IMG/VR virus record: IMGVR_UViG_3300005686_000008
DNA from: a virus
Lineage: Duplodnaviria > Caudoviricetes
Strand: one strand, 5' to 3'
Length of the DNA stretch: 64,000 nucleotides
In this document: positions 9,674-18,362 of the stretch, in pieces
Position numbering within the stretch: the stretch's first letter is position 1
Layout of the letters: each line of letters starts with the position of its first letter
The notes under the pieces: model-generated
The model's input: only the letters and a program-made list of their open reading frames with translations
The model's database searches: none
Told to the model about the DNA's origin: nothing
Made by a program: the position numbers and the translations under genes

Positions 9674-10486
9674 ATGGACGAGTATCGCTTTTGTGTGAGA
9701 GTGTTTTTGACCGATAAGTGCGAAGACTCCATAGAGGACATTCTTCATGGCGACGGGTCTTCTCTTGGCCCTACCTTTGACCAGATTCAGCAGGAAGCAA
9801 AGAAATATAAGGGAAATTTTACAGACTGGGATGTTATGATTTGCGATTATGGTTTTCCGTCTGAAGAAAAAGCAAGCAAATTTATCCAAAACATCCGAAG
9901 GAAATTCTCTGGTAAAATTGATCTAGAATACATGGGAAAGAAAGATTTTGAAAATCCCAAGGACAAAAAAGTATTTCAGGAATTACCAACACCGCTTCCT
10001 GAAAGAATAGGAGCGATAACTCCTTCTCAGTTTCGTTCTCTCAAAGTAAAAATTCACATTATAGAGACGGATGCCTTATTCACTTTTCAAAGCGAAGACA
10101 CTAAAGATATTTACAGAATGACATATGCTAATCTGGAATGTAAAACCAGAAACAAAATAATAAGCCACAGTGTTCTTCTCAGGTCTGCCTCAAAAATATT
10201 CAAAACCATTTTTGAAACTACAGGAAAAAGCAATTCAAAACTGGAAGAAGCAAAAGCTTCTGGATGGACAGACCATGATATATACTATGATTCTATTATC
10301 AATGGAGTCTTCAAAAAAGATATCTTTGAAGATACATACAATGGAGCATCTTGTCCTGAAATAAATTTTGCATTTACACATGCGGTAATTGTGGTTTGCG
10401 ACTACTTTGGGGATCAGTTCATTGGCTGGTATTTTTACAATGAAAATCTTGACGAACCAATGCATTACACAAATTACACGGTGTGA
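9674..10486 (+). CDS. Hypothetical protein
   Basis: Long ORF; strong RBS GGAGGA before ATG 9674. Confidence 0.7.
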   Translation: MDEYRFCVRVFLTDKCEDSIEDILHGDGSSLGPTFDQIQQEAKKYKGNFTDWDVMICDYGFPSEEKASKFIQNIRRKFSGKIDLEYMGKKDFENPKDKKVFQELPTPLPERIGAITPSQFRSLKVKIHIIETDALFTFQSEDTKDIYRMTYANLECKTRNKIISHSVLLRSASKIFKTIFETTGKSNSKLEEAKASGWTDHDIYYDSIINGVFKKDIFEDTYNGASCPEINFAFTHAVIVVCDYFGDQFIGWYFYNENLDEPMHYTNYTV

Positions 10487-10670
10487 AACGCATTTGCCTA
10501 TCATTCTCTCAAGGAGCGATGGTATGCTAACTCTAAAAGATGTGGCTAAAGAGTCCGAAAGATGTAGCCTTTTACACCAAAAGCATGTAATGGGAATGCT
10601 TATTTTGGTTCTTTTATCTGCGGCTTGGCGGCGAATAACGAGCATATGTAGAAGATAAACTTACACTTAT

Positions 10671-10698
10671 TAGAAGATAAACCTCCGGTTGTCGATAA
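10671..10698 (+). promoter_or_regulatory. Class A (sigma28-like) promoter
   Basis: TAGA-N16-GTCGATAA upstream of the GGAGG RBS of 10724. Confidence 0.55.
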
Positions 10699-10723
10699 AG
10701 CAATATCAACTGGAGGTTTTTTC

Positions 10724-11731
10724 ATGCTCAAAATAAAGTCGCTAGAACTATCTAACTATTCTGGATTTGAAAACAAAAGCGTTTTCAATTTTGCCAACAA
10801 AGATGGTTCATATAAGAAGATTAATGTTTTTTATGGACCTAATGGGTGCGGAAAATCTACCGGATTGAATGCTATTGCCGTTCTTTCTAGGGCCAAAATG
10901 TACGCAAAAAGAACAGATGATGATGAAAATCTTCTTCTTAGAAAGATGCAGTTTCATCCGGATTATGATCCGGGATATATTGCATACACTAAATATACAA
11001 ACCAAATGGAAATAATAGGAATATTTGAAGAGGATGGTAAAGAGTTTGTTGTTCACATCAAAGATAATGATGTTATAAGAAATGACTTGAGCGATAGGAA
11101 AGCTGAAAACTGCGTTTATATTGATGCTGACCACCCAATAAATAATAGCAAGTTTCAAATACCAGCGGATAGGGTGAAAGACTTTATAGAGCTAGGAAGA
11201 GCTATTTATGGTTATAACTGTAGGGTTGAAAAACCAGTTTCTTCTGAGGGGGTTAGCGCTTCAAAAGACCTTCTCAAAGAGGCCTTGTCAGCATACGCTA
11301 AAAACGTTGATAAAATCAAAAAGAAGCCCCAAGGGGCAGTTATGACCACAGAAGAGGTGTATAATCAAATTTCTGATGCTAAAAACGATTCTTTGGCCTT
11401 TTATCAGGACTTTATCATTGAAAAAGGCAATGTCAACGTCCACTACAAGTCTATGAGCGCTGGCGAGAAGAAAATTGCCACTCTTTTGAGAAATCTTTGC
11501 GATCCTGAGACTATTGACAAGAGCGATATTGTTCTTGTTGATAATATTGAGATGCATGTGTATTTCAAACGTCACAAAAAGATGCTTGACAAGATTCTTG
11601 AAATGTTCCCGCAAAAGCAGTTTATTGTGACAACTCATAGCGGCGTAATGATTGATCATGTGAGAGAAAGGTTCGGAGACGACTGTTTGTACGATATTCC
11701 GGTCATCAAGGGTCAACCCCTTGTTGACTGA
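10724..11731 (+). CDS. ABC-type ATPase (AAA_21/SMC/OLD-like)
   Basis: Walker A GPNGCGKST, signature MSAGEKK, Walker B IVLVDNIE, H-loop FIVTTHS. Confidence 0.85.
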   Translation: MLKIKSLELSNYSGFENKSVFNFANKDGSYKKINVFYGPNGCGKSTGLNAIAVLSRAKMYAKRTDDDENLLLRKMQFHPDYDPGYIAYTKYTNQMEIIGIFEEDGKEFVVHIKDNDVIRNDLSDRKAENCVYIDADHPINNSKFQIPADRVKDFIELGRAIYGYNCRVEKPVSSEGVSASKDLLKEALSAYAKNVDKIKKKPQGAVMTTEEVYNQISDAKNDSLAFYQDFIIEKGNVNVHYKSMSAGEKKIATLLRNLCDPETIDKSDIVLVDNIEMHVYFKRHKKMLDKILEMFPQKQFIVTTHSGVMIDHVRERFGDDCLYDIPVIKGQPLVD

Positions 11732-11739
11732 GATGTGCT

Positions 11740-12309
11740 ATGGAAAATAAAGAAATCTCCGAACAAGAAAAACCACTACAACGGCTTTCTGGTAAGATAA
11801 ACGAACTCTGTTTTGAGTGCAAAGACCTTTTTTGCAACTATGACGAGTTTGAAATCCTCTGCTCTAGAAAAAATCTTGTCACGAAAATTCATACCACAAA
11901 AATGGGAGGCAAAAGACCCTTTGTTTTCTTCACTGCTTCATCTTTTTTGGATTCAAACAGAATGACAGAAGTAGTTGTTGCCTGCTTGAGATTAGCGGGT
12001 AAAACCGCTAAAACAAACATTGTTCTTCAGGAAGAATTCATTAGAAGTTTTTGTGAGACTATTCAATATAAAAACTCTATTGATGTATTACTTACGGAAA
12101 GTTCTATATCTATTCTAAATAACGACATTTCTTTTATGGTTTTTGATGTTCAGGATATAGATGCTCCTGCAAAGCATATGCTTTTGAGGTCTTTCTGTAT
12201 GCTTCTTGCTTTTTGCGGGAAAACTGTTAGAAACAATCAAGATAAAGTTGTTTTGAACGATTATGGAATAGCAAATGTTAATTCTTTCACAGATGGCGGT
12301 ATTGCATGA
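11740..12309 (+). CDS. Hypothetical protein
   Basis: ORF tightly following the ATPase gene. Confidence 0.65.
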   Translation: MENKEISEQEKPLQRLSGKINELCFECKDLFCNYDEFEILCSRKNLVTKIHTTKMGGKRPFVFFTASSFLDSNRMTEVVVACLRLAGKTAKTNIVLQEEFIRSFCETIQYKNSIDVLLTESSISILNNDISFMVFDVQDIDAPAKHMLLRSFCMLLAFCGKTVRNNQDKVVLNDYGIANVNSFTDGGIA

Positions 12310-13223
12310 AAAAAGTAACATATTCTAATAATTTGCTTCCAAGCTTCATTACTCAAGGCAATGTTCGCTATGAGCGAAACTTCATTGATGTAAATGATAT
12401 GGAAGATGGATACATAAAGATCCCTATCTATTTTGATACAACAGATTTTGCCATATTATACGACTTGAACAATATAAACATTCAACAAAACCTAGATTGT
12501 ATATTTGGTTGCTTCTTCGTTCCATTTATTCCTTGTGCAACAAAAGAAGAGTTGACTCAGAAGATTGCTCGTCTTGTTGTTAGGCTTGGTAATGCAATTG
12601 TTGAAAGAAGAAAAATTGCCAAACCAGTTCTAAAGGTTTTTGTATATAGATATATAGACCCTAATGGTAAAAGATTCTTTGCTATTGCTGGATCCAACCT
12701 GAATCCCAAAAGCGAAAAGATTCATAACTTGAATATCAAGACTTTGCTTTCTGACACAATTCCTCCTGATCCTATTCTTTCATGGGGAGCCGTTGTTGAT
12801 GAATTGTCTGATCTAAATCAAACTCCAACCTGTATAATCAACAAGGAAGATGTTCTTGATTTTGAATCGAGAAAGGCCATTATCAGAGTATCCTGCGATC
12901 ATGCTCTTGCTTTTTTGCCAAAATCTTCAAGTTTTTTTGCTCAACATCTTTCCGGGAAAGGGGTATCTTCTTTCTTCAATAAGGAGATTGGAGAAACCTG
13001 TAAAATATTCGGTCTAAAGAAAGATAGAGTAAGTTCATCAGAAGAATTCAACATTCTTATCAAGAAAATGATTGAATCGTTTAGGGAACTTACTGGAATG
13101 CAATATGTTGAAACTACCGCCATATATACTGAAACAGAAGGCGGCTCTTTGGATATCAGTATTGCTTCTTTTGAAGGACAGCCTATCCTGTTCAAGAAAA
13201 ACGATGTCGAAGAAGATTTTTAG
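12306..13223 (+). CDS. Hypothetical protein
   Basis: ATGA overlap with the previous gene. Confidence 0.7.
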   Translation: MKKVTYSNNLLPSFITQGNVRYERNFIDVNDMEDGYIKIPIYFDTTDFAILYDLNNINIQQNLDCIFGCFFVPFIPCATKEELTQKIARLVVRLGNAIVERRKIAKPVLKVFVYRYIDPNGKRFFAIAGSNLNPKSEKIHNLNIKTLLSDTIPPDPILSWGAVVDELSDLNQTPTCIINKEDVLDFESRKAIIRVSCDHALAFLPKSSSFFAQHLSGKGVSSFFNKEIGETCKIFGLKKDRVSSSEEFNILIKKMIESFRELTGMQYVETTAIYTETEGGSLDISIASFEGQPILFKKNDVEEDF

Positions 13224-13269
13224 TGAAACGCCGACACCTAGTGTTGTGTGACGTTTTGGAGCAACATGG

Positions 13270-14040
13270 ATGAATATCCTTGAAAATAACGCTGACTATC
13301 TTATCAACAGTCTTGATCAGGAAGACTACCTGTTTTATGTCTACGATAGAGCCATAAATGCAGGAGCAAAGCTGTCTGATTTAGTTGAAACTAGATCTAG
13401 TTTTAATAGACTAATGGCTATGTATCAAGAACCAGTTTCTTGTTCCCCTTTGATTCCAAGAAACTACCACAACTTTAGTCATATATCTCAGGGGGTTAGG
13501 GATATTGTTGATGTAGAAGTTTTGTGTGAATGCACAGAAGACGCAATCAATAATGTCCTTCTTGCATGGTTTTACCATGATTGCGTGTATGTCTTAAATC
13601 CAGCGACCGGAACGAACGAAGAAGATAGTGCAAAGTTTGCCCTTAATGAACTTCTACAAATGGGCTTTTCTGGTGAAAGGGCTGGAAGAATCTACGATCT
13701 TGTTTTATGGACAAAACACAAAGTCAATCCTCCAGAAAACGATTATGAAGCTAATCTGATTGTAGATATTGACCTTCAAAGAATCTCCGCCTGCCCTGTT
13801 GAAGCATTTTTTATGTCTACTGAAACAGTAAGGGAGGAATTTGGATTCTTGAGTGATAAAGAGTGGATTGAAGGTAGAATCAAGTTCTGGAAATCTTTTT
13901 TGAAGTTGAAGGGAAACAGAGTCTTTAGAACATCTCATTTTGAGCATCTAAATAAGATTGCTGTTGACAATATAAACAAAGAGATTTACAGTCTTGAAAA
14001 AAGCAATTTCAGAAAAGGAGATAGTAGTGATGAAAAATAG
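13270..14040 (+). CDS. HD-superfamily metal-dependent phosphohydrolase (COG4339-like)
   Basis: RNYHNFSHI, WFYHDCVY, NEEDSA, WTKH, DIDL, VREEF..GR. Confidence 0.8.
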   Translation: MNILENNADYLINSLDQEDYLFYVYDRAINAGAKLSDLVETRSSFNRLMAMYQEPVSCSPLIPRNYHNFSHISQGVRDIVDVEVLCECTEDAINNVLLAWFYHDCVYVLNPATGTNEEDSAKFALNELLQMGFSGERAGRIYDLVLWTKHKVNPPENDYEANLIVDIDLQRISACPVEAFFMSTETVREEFGFLSDKEWIEGRIKFWKSFLKLKGNRVFRTSHFEHLNKIAVDNINKEIYSLEKSNFRKGDSSDEK

Positions 14041-14251
14041 TGATACTGAACTAATGAGAATATTAAATGATATACATCAGTCGGTTATGAAGAAAGACGA
14101 CGATGAAGAATTAGATGACGATCTAGATGATGAAGATGACGATCTAGATGACTGGGACGATGATGACGACGATTTTATGGACGATGATGATGACGACGAT
14201 TACGACGATGATGATGATTTAGAAGATGACGATGATGACGAAGACTTTTAA
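14030..14251 (+). CDS. Small extremely acidic protein
   Basis: AAGGAG RBS, ATG 14030; basic/helical N-terminus then about 50 residues that are mostly Asp/Glu. Confidence 0.7.
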   Translation: MKNSDTELMRILNDIHQSVMKKDDDEELDDDLDDEDDDLDDWDDDDDDFMDDDDDDDYDDDDDLEDDDDDEDF

Positions 14252-14255
14252 CTGC

Positions 14256-14286
14256 AAGACCCTGCCAAGGCGGGGTCTTTTCTTTT
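14256..14286 (+). terminator. Rho-independent terminator
   Basis: AAGACCCTGCC-aa-GGCGGGGTCTT followed by a T-rich tract. Confidence 0.8.
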
Positions 14287-14329
14287 GGTGAAAGCTGGTC
14301 CTGATACCACCATTTTGCCGACAACACCT

Positions 14330-14950
14330 ACTAAGCAGTCATTGGGCATCTAGAGTGTCCCAAGACGAACATAAACAAAGGGAATTCAAGACCCTTCTTC
14401 TTTCTTGAATAGGCTCCCGCCTTAGCCTCCGTCTTAGGCATACAGCCCCATAAAGGGCAGTATTCGCAAAGGAATCTAGATTCTGATGCGTTTTCTCCGA
14501 AGTTCAATAGAACTTAGTTGACTGCTTGGCTTTCACCTTTCACCTTGCAGTTAGACGAAAAGGAGACGGTAGACTGATATATAGCTAAGTCTTCCCACCG
14601 ACTATAAAAGACCAACTTAGCATCTCGTACAAGAGGGTCAGCCAAGAGTGCAATTTTACTTAAAGTTACATTTTTGGCTGAAAGGTCGAGCGCAGCGCTA
14701 AATTGACATAAGCGCTTCCACAATAGATAAAGTTGTGGCTATCTAATATCCAACCTAATAATACAGGAAAGGTTCGAACCGACGTAGGAGGTTCGGACCT
14801 CTGAGCCGATCAGGCTCAGGTAAATAATCAAGCCTACCTGCCCAGACCTGACCCGATGCCTTACGAAAAGCTACAATTAAATTTTCTAATACCTGAAATT
14901 CTTATAGAAATTTTTCCAACAAAAAACCACTACAAAGAACGTAGTGGTCT
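14330..14950 (+). ncRNA. Candidate large structured non-coding RNA (family unknown)
   Basis: ~700-bp gap between convergent genes, with many helices. Wobble pairs read as G-U on +. GCCGACAA -10-like box at 14317-14324 lies just before the first helix. Confidence 0.6.
14921..14948 (-). terminator. Rho-independent terminator (possibly bidirectional)
   Basis: ACCACTAC-aaagaac-GTAGTGGT; A-run on the left (U-tract on -) and CTGTTTCTTT on the right. Confidence 0.7.
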
Positions 14951-14979
14951 GTTTCTTTAATGAAACAATGAGATAATAC

Positions 14980-15780
14980 TTATCTTTGATTCTTTATTTT
15001 CTTATGAATTGGACAATCTCCATCTCCATCAGTATCTTTTTCGCAACAACGATCTGATATATCACCATTAATAAGGAATCCAACTCTAATATTTTCCAGT
15101 TTCTCTTTAATATTCGCAGGCTTTGTTGATTTGGCTTCTATTGGAACTTCTCTCCACAACTCAAGACCTTTTATATTACTTCTTAGGTCTTTAATAAATG
15201 ACTCAACAACAATACTATCCGTTCCTAAATCTTTTGTAGAAAGAAGATTTTCGAGTTTGTCTATATAGGCAAACTCTTCTATTAAACCAGTTCCTACATA
15301 CTGCTGCCAAAACCTAGCAGCCATAGCATGAGGAGCGATTTTCTTCAAAACACTTTTTTCGAAGTAGAAACTCTTCTCATTGAACAAACAGTCGCAAAGC
15401 AACTTGAACCCAACAAAGACATATGCTTTTTGTATCTCCATCGTTGTACCAACGATTACAGAGTCAAATGGCTTTTTGATTTGCCACTCCTCAAACGCTT
15501 GTCTGAAACACCTGTTGATTTCACTTAGATACTTACCTTCAAGCAAAAACGTCCTATCATTCAAGAGACCTTCAATCTTCTCTGGCACGATAGAGAAGAA
15601 CGGAACTTGAACATCTGGTTTGTATAAATTGTTCCATTTTTCTAAGGTTTGCTTACTGTGAGCGTCAAACTTTGACCAGTCAAGCCTATACAATGGAACT
15701 TTTGATGAGTTTGTTGGAAAACAAATCTCTTTTTCAAACACTAACTGCGGAAAATGAACAGGACACCTAACGGTTAACAT
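14980..15780 (-). CDS. Hypothetical protein
   Basis: AAGGAG RBS; ends in Cys/Asp motif CCEKDTDGDGDCPIH. Confidence 0.7.
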   Translation of the reverse strand: MLTVRCPVHFPQLVFEKEICFPTNSSKVPLYRLDWSKFDAHSKQTLEKWNNLYKPDVQVPFFSIVPEKIEGLLNDRTFLLEGKYLSEINRCFRQAFEEWQIKKPFDSVIVGTTMEIQKAYVFVGFKLLCDCLFNEKSFYFEKSVLKKIAPHAMAARFWQQYVGTGLIEEFAYIDKLENLLSTKDLGTDSIVVESFIKDLRSNIKGLELWREVPIEAKSTKPANIKEKLENIRVGFLINGDISDRCCEKDTDGDGDCPIHKKIKNQR

Positions 15781-15829
15781 AAGCCAACTCCTTTTACTAA
15801 CAAGCCACAGCCTATCTGTGACTAACCAT

Positions 15830-15861
15830 TAGATTTATCGACAAAAAAGACGAAGTGTTCA
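15830..15861. promoter_or_regulatory. Overlapping divergent class A promoters
   Basis: + strand TAGA-N15-GACGAAGT (15830-15856); - strand TGAA-N15-GTCGATAA (15861-15835). Confidence 0.5.
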
Positions 15862-15862
15862 T

Positions 15863-16306
15863 ATGGATATATCAAAAATACAGCTTGTACAGATACCTGC
15901 TGAAATACTAAGGCAAAAGTGTAAAGAAACTGAGTATTCAGAAGATTTGCGCCGAGCAGCAGACAAGATGCTTAATATCATGCTTGTGAATGAAGGGGTA
16001 GGACTTGCTGCTAATCAAGCAAACCTTGACATTCGCATGTTTGTTATGAAGACTCCAAAGATGAAAAGGCCTAAAACCTTCATAAACCCAGTCATAACTT
16101 ATGGCTGCGTTCCTTTTGAAGAGGAAGAGGGATGCCTTTCTTGTCCCGGAGTTAGAAAAATGGTCAAAAGAAATAGATATGTACTTATAGAGTATATAGA
16201 TTATGAGGGCAAAAAGGTAAAAGAGCATCTAAGAGACTTAGAAGCTCGTTGCGCCCAGCATGAAATTGACCATCTTGACGGTATACTTTTGGTGGACAAG
16301 CCTTAA
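15863..16306 (+). CDS. def: Peptide deformylase
   Basis: Motifs GVGLAANQ, EGCLS, QHEIDHLDG. Confidence 0.95.
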   Translation: MDISKIQLVQIPAEILRQKCKETEYSEDLRRAADKMLNIMLVNEGVGLAANQANLDIRMFVMKTPKMKRPKTFINPVITYGCVPFEEEEGCLSCPGVRKMVKRNRYVLIEYIDYEGKKVKEHLRDLEARCAQHEIDHLDGILLVDKP

Positions 16307-16785
16307 ACAATATTGATTGGAGTGACATCGGTAACAAGGCCATTGTTATCCGTTGTTATAACTCCAAGTTTCTTATTGTTTAGCTCAACATCTCTTGCTA
16401 TAGAAAGGAGCCATACTCCTCTTGCAAGAGCATCTGTTTGAGATATCTCAAAAAACCTGCATAAACGTTCAATGTGGTCAAGAGCCGCTTCGTTATACTC
16501 TAGAGTTATTTTGAACGTTCCAGTTTTGACGTTGTTTTCTGCTGGCTTTTGATTTACTTTAGTAGAGCATTGATTTGGACATTCTATAGGTCCGCTTGCA
16601 TTTACGGTATTTGCTTGAAACAGAACCTTGTCCTTTTTAGGGACTGGAAGGGCTTCTGTCTCTGTTTCATCGACATATTGAGTAATACTATTTGTTGGAA
16701 GAGATTCGCTCTCGTCCCCGTTCTCATTCAATCGCAATGCCTTTCTGACAAGCTGAACAGTCGCAGTGAGGAGTGCCTTTATCAT
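16303..16785 (-). CDS. Hypothetical protein with C-terminal ribbon-helix-helix-like region
   Basis: GGAGG RBS; KITLEYNEAALDHIERL..ISQTDALARG pattern. Confidence 0.55.
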   Translation of the reverse strand: MIKALLTATVQLVRKALRLNENGDESESLPTNSITQYVDETETEALPVPKKDKVLFQANTVNASGPIECPNQCSTKVNQKPAENNVKTGTFKITLEYNEAALDHIERLCRFFEISQTDALARGVWLLSIARDVELNNKKLGVITTDNNGLVTDVTPINIV

Positions 16786-16801
16786 GTTAACCTCCGTTGT
16801 T

Positions 16802-16854
16802 ATATCGACTCAATTCCTTTCATTTTATAGAGGCGTTTGACCTTTGTTCGATAA
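16802..16854. promoter_or_regulatory. Back-to-back divergent class A promoters
   Basis: - strand TAAA-N14-GTCGATAT (16827-16802); + strand TAGA-N15-TTCGATAA (16828-16854). Confidence 0.55.
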
Positions 16855-16872
16855 TCAATATAGGAGATAAAT

Positions 16873-17223
16873 ATGGCTAAAAGCAAAGAAGAATATCAAA
16901 AAAGATTCATTCAAAGTCTTATCGCCCTAAGAGACCATTTTTTAGAACTAGATGCGAATGAACTTGTTGGACCAAAGAAGAGTTATCTTGTAGAATCTGT
17001 TATAAATGGGTATTTTGGCGAAAGAAGGAATCGAGTTCCTATCAAAGAGCCGTCTATGTATATGACTAATGAAACTATCGCTGAATATCTAAATGATACT
17101 GTTTTATCGTATATTTATGATGAAGTTCCTGAATACCTAGAGATTGACTGGAAAGAAAGATATGTTCTAAAAAGCGAAATGGATAGGTTAATCTCTGATG
17201 GTGACGACAGCGACTCCTTCTAA
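16873..17223 (+). CDS. Hypothetical protein
   Basis: AGGAG RBS and upstream promoter motif. Confidence 0.7.
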   Translation: MAKSKEEYQKRFIQSLIALRDHFLELDANELVGPKKSYLVESVINGYFGERRNRVPIKEPSMYMTNETIAEYLNDTVLSYIYDEVPEYLEIDWKERYVLKSEMDRLISDGDDSDSF

Positions 17224-17565
17224 AACGCTTATGGTAAAAGATAGCCCAGTATTCTCCATGAACTTTTGTAGACTTTTTGGCGAGAAATCCTGACACATGA
17301 CGCTTTCATTATCTTTTAGGAGAACTTCAAATCTTTTCATTTGTTTATAGTTTTTTGTAAGCGTCCAATATGGACAAAAAGAGTTTTCAAGTCGATTTGG
17401 GTCTTTTTTCTTTATGAAGGAAGAGTGCTTCTTCTCTTCCATAAGAATATAAGAATGGTCGCATTCTTCGCATTTTACAGAGTAAAAGAAATGTCTATTG
17501 AGCAATAAAACGTCTTTGCTTCCGCAAATAGAACATATTGGATTTTTGATAACAAACTTACTCAT
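17188..17565 (-). CDS. Zn-ribbon protein
   Basis: CSICGS...CEECDH; TAATG coupling to the upstream gene. Confidence 0.6.
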   Translation of the reverse strand: MSKFVIKNPICSICGSKDVLLLNRHFFYSVKCEECDHSYILMEEKKHSSFIKKKDPNRLENSFCPYWTLTKNYKQMKRFEVLLKDNESVMCQDFSPKSLQKFMENTGLSFTISVLEGVAVVTIRD

Positions 17566-18173
17566 TAGAGTTTTATGGTTTTATCAAATATCTTATCAAC
17601 ATTGTTTTGAGAAGAATACCAGCCTTGAGGACATCCGTTTGAGTATTCTTGAATATGGTTTTCGTAAGCTTCGTGCCACTTCTTTCTATCAGATTCAGAT
17701 GCTTTGACTATTTCTTTTTTCTTTATTCCAGTAATAGTCTCTGCCTTACTTTCTGCTTCTTTTCTTACTTGTTTCCATTCTTCAACTGTTTCGGTCATTG
17801 GTCCCCAGTGAAGTAGTTTTTTATCTCTTGATACAGCCCAAAAATCTATTGACGGAATTTTGTGCTTCAAGATTGTTTTTGTAAAGTCAACCGCTTCTGG
17901 ACTAAAGCCTAAGTCTTCAAGTTCATTTCTTGCTATTTTTAGCGCTCCTTGCATGCTATTGTCTATAGCAAGAAGGTCTCCTGAATCAAAATTGCATTCA
18001 ATAAGAATGTCAACATCTTTGATGCGGAAGTTTTTATCGTCGTATTTTTCAGCAACAATTCCCCATGCGTATACGTTCTTTACCCTATTAAGAGAAGCTA
18101 TGTTTTTAGCAGCCTCTTTCAAATAAGGTTGTATATCGCCTATCTTCGGAATTGCTCTTTCATACCATTTCAT
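17565..18173 (-). CDS. Pol-beta-like nucleotidyltransferase-fold protein with N-terminal WY tag
   Basis: VKNVYAWG...KDVDILI and later IDFW; starts MKWYERAI. Confidence 0.55.
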   Translation of the reverse strand: MKWYERAIPKIGDIQPYLKEAAKNIASLNRVKNVYAWGIVAEKYDDKNFRIKDVDILIECNFDSGDLLAIDNSMQGALKIARNELEDLGFSPEAVDFTKTILKHKIPSIDFWAVSRDKKLLHWGPMTETVEEWKQVRKEAESKAETITGIKKKEIVKASESDRKKWHEAYENHIQEYSNGCPQGWYSSQNNVDKIFDKTIKL

Positions 18174-18362
18174 AAAAACCTTCGCTAAAAGAAATATAGT
18201 TCACATTATGCACTTCTATTTACTACTTCTTTTTTCCTCTATTTTCGGAGTGTTTCGATTTGATAACGGAGAAAGTCACAGAATTGGACGGTAGTGAAAC
18301 CTCGATTGATTTAGGGGTTCGTGTCGATATCTTCATCTAAAGTCCTTTTACAAGAGGTATGT

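Noticed and set aside
10484-10549. TGA read-through of the 9674 ORF giving ...ERWYANSK (tag-like)
   Set aside because: Only a 20-codon extension with no read-through signal evident; probably chance.
14514-14723. 69-aa minus-strand ORF in the large intergenic region
   Set aside because: No convincing RBS or protein features; the region is better explained by + strand RNA structure.
14330-14950. Identification as tmRNA, RNase P RNA or group I/II intron
   Set aside because: No tRNA-like ends or tag ORF, no GAGGAAAGUCC motif, no interrupted host gene and no recognisable intron core.
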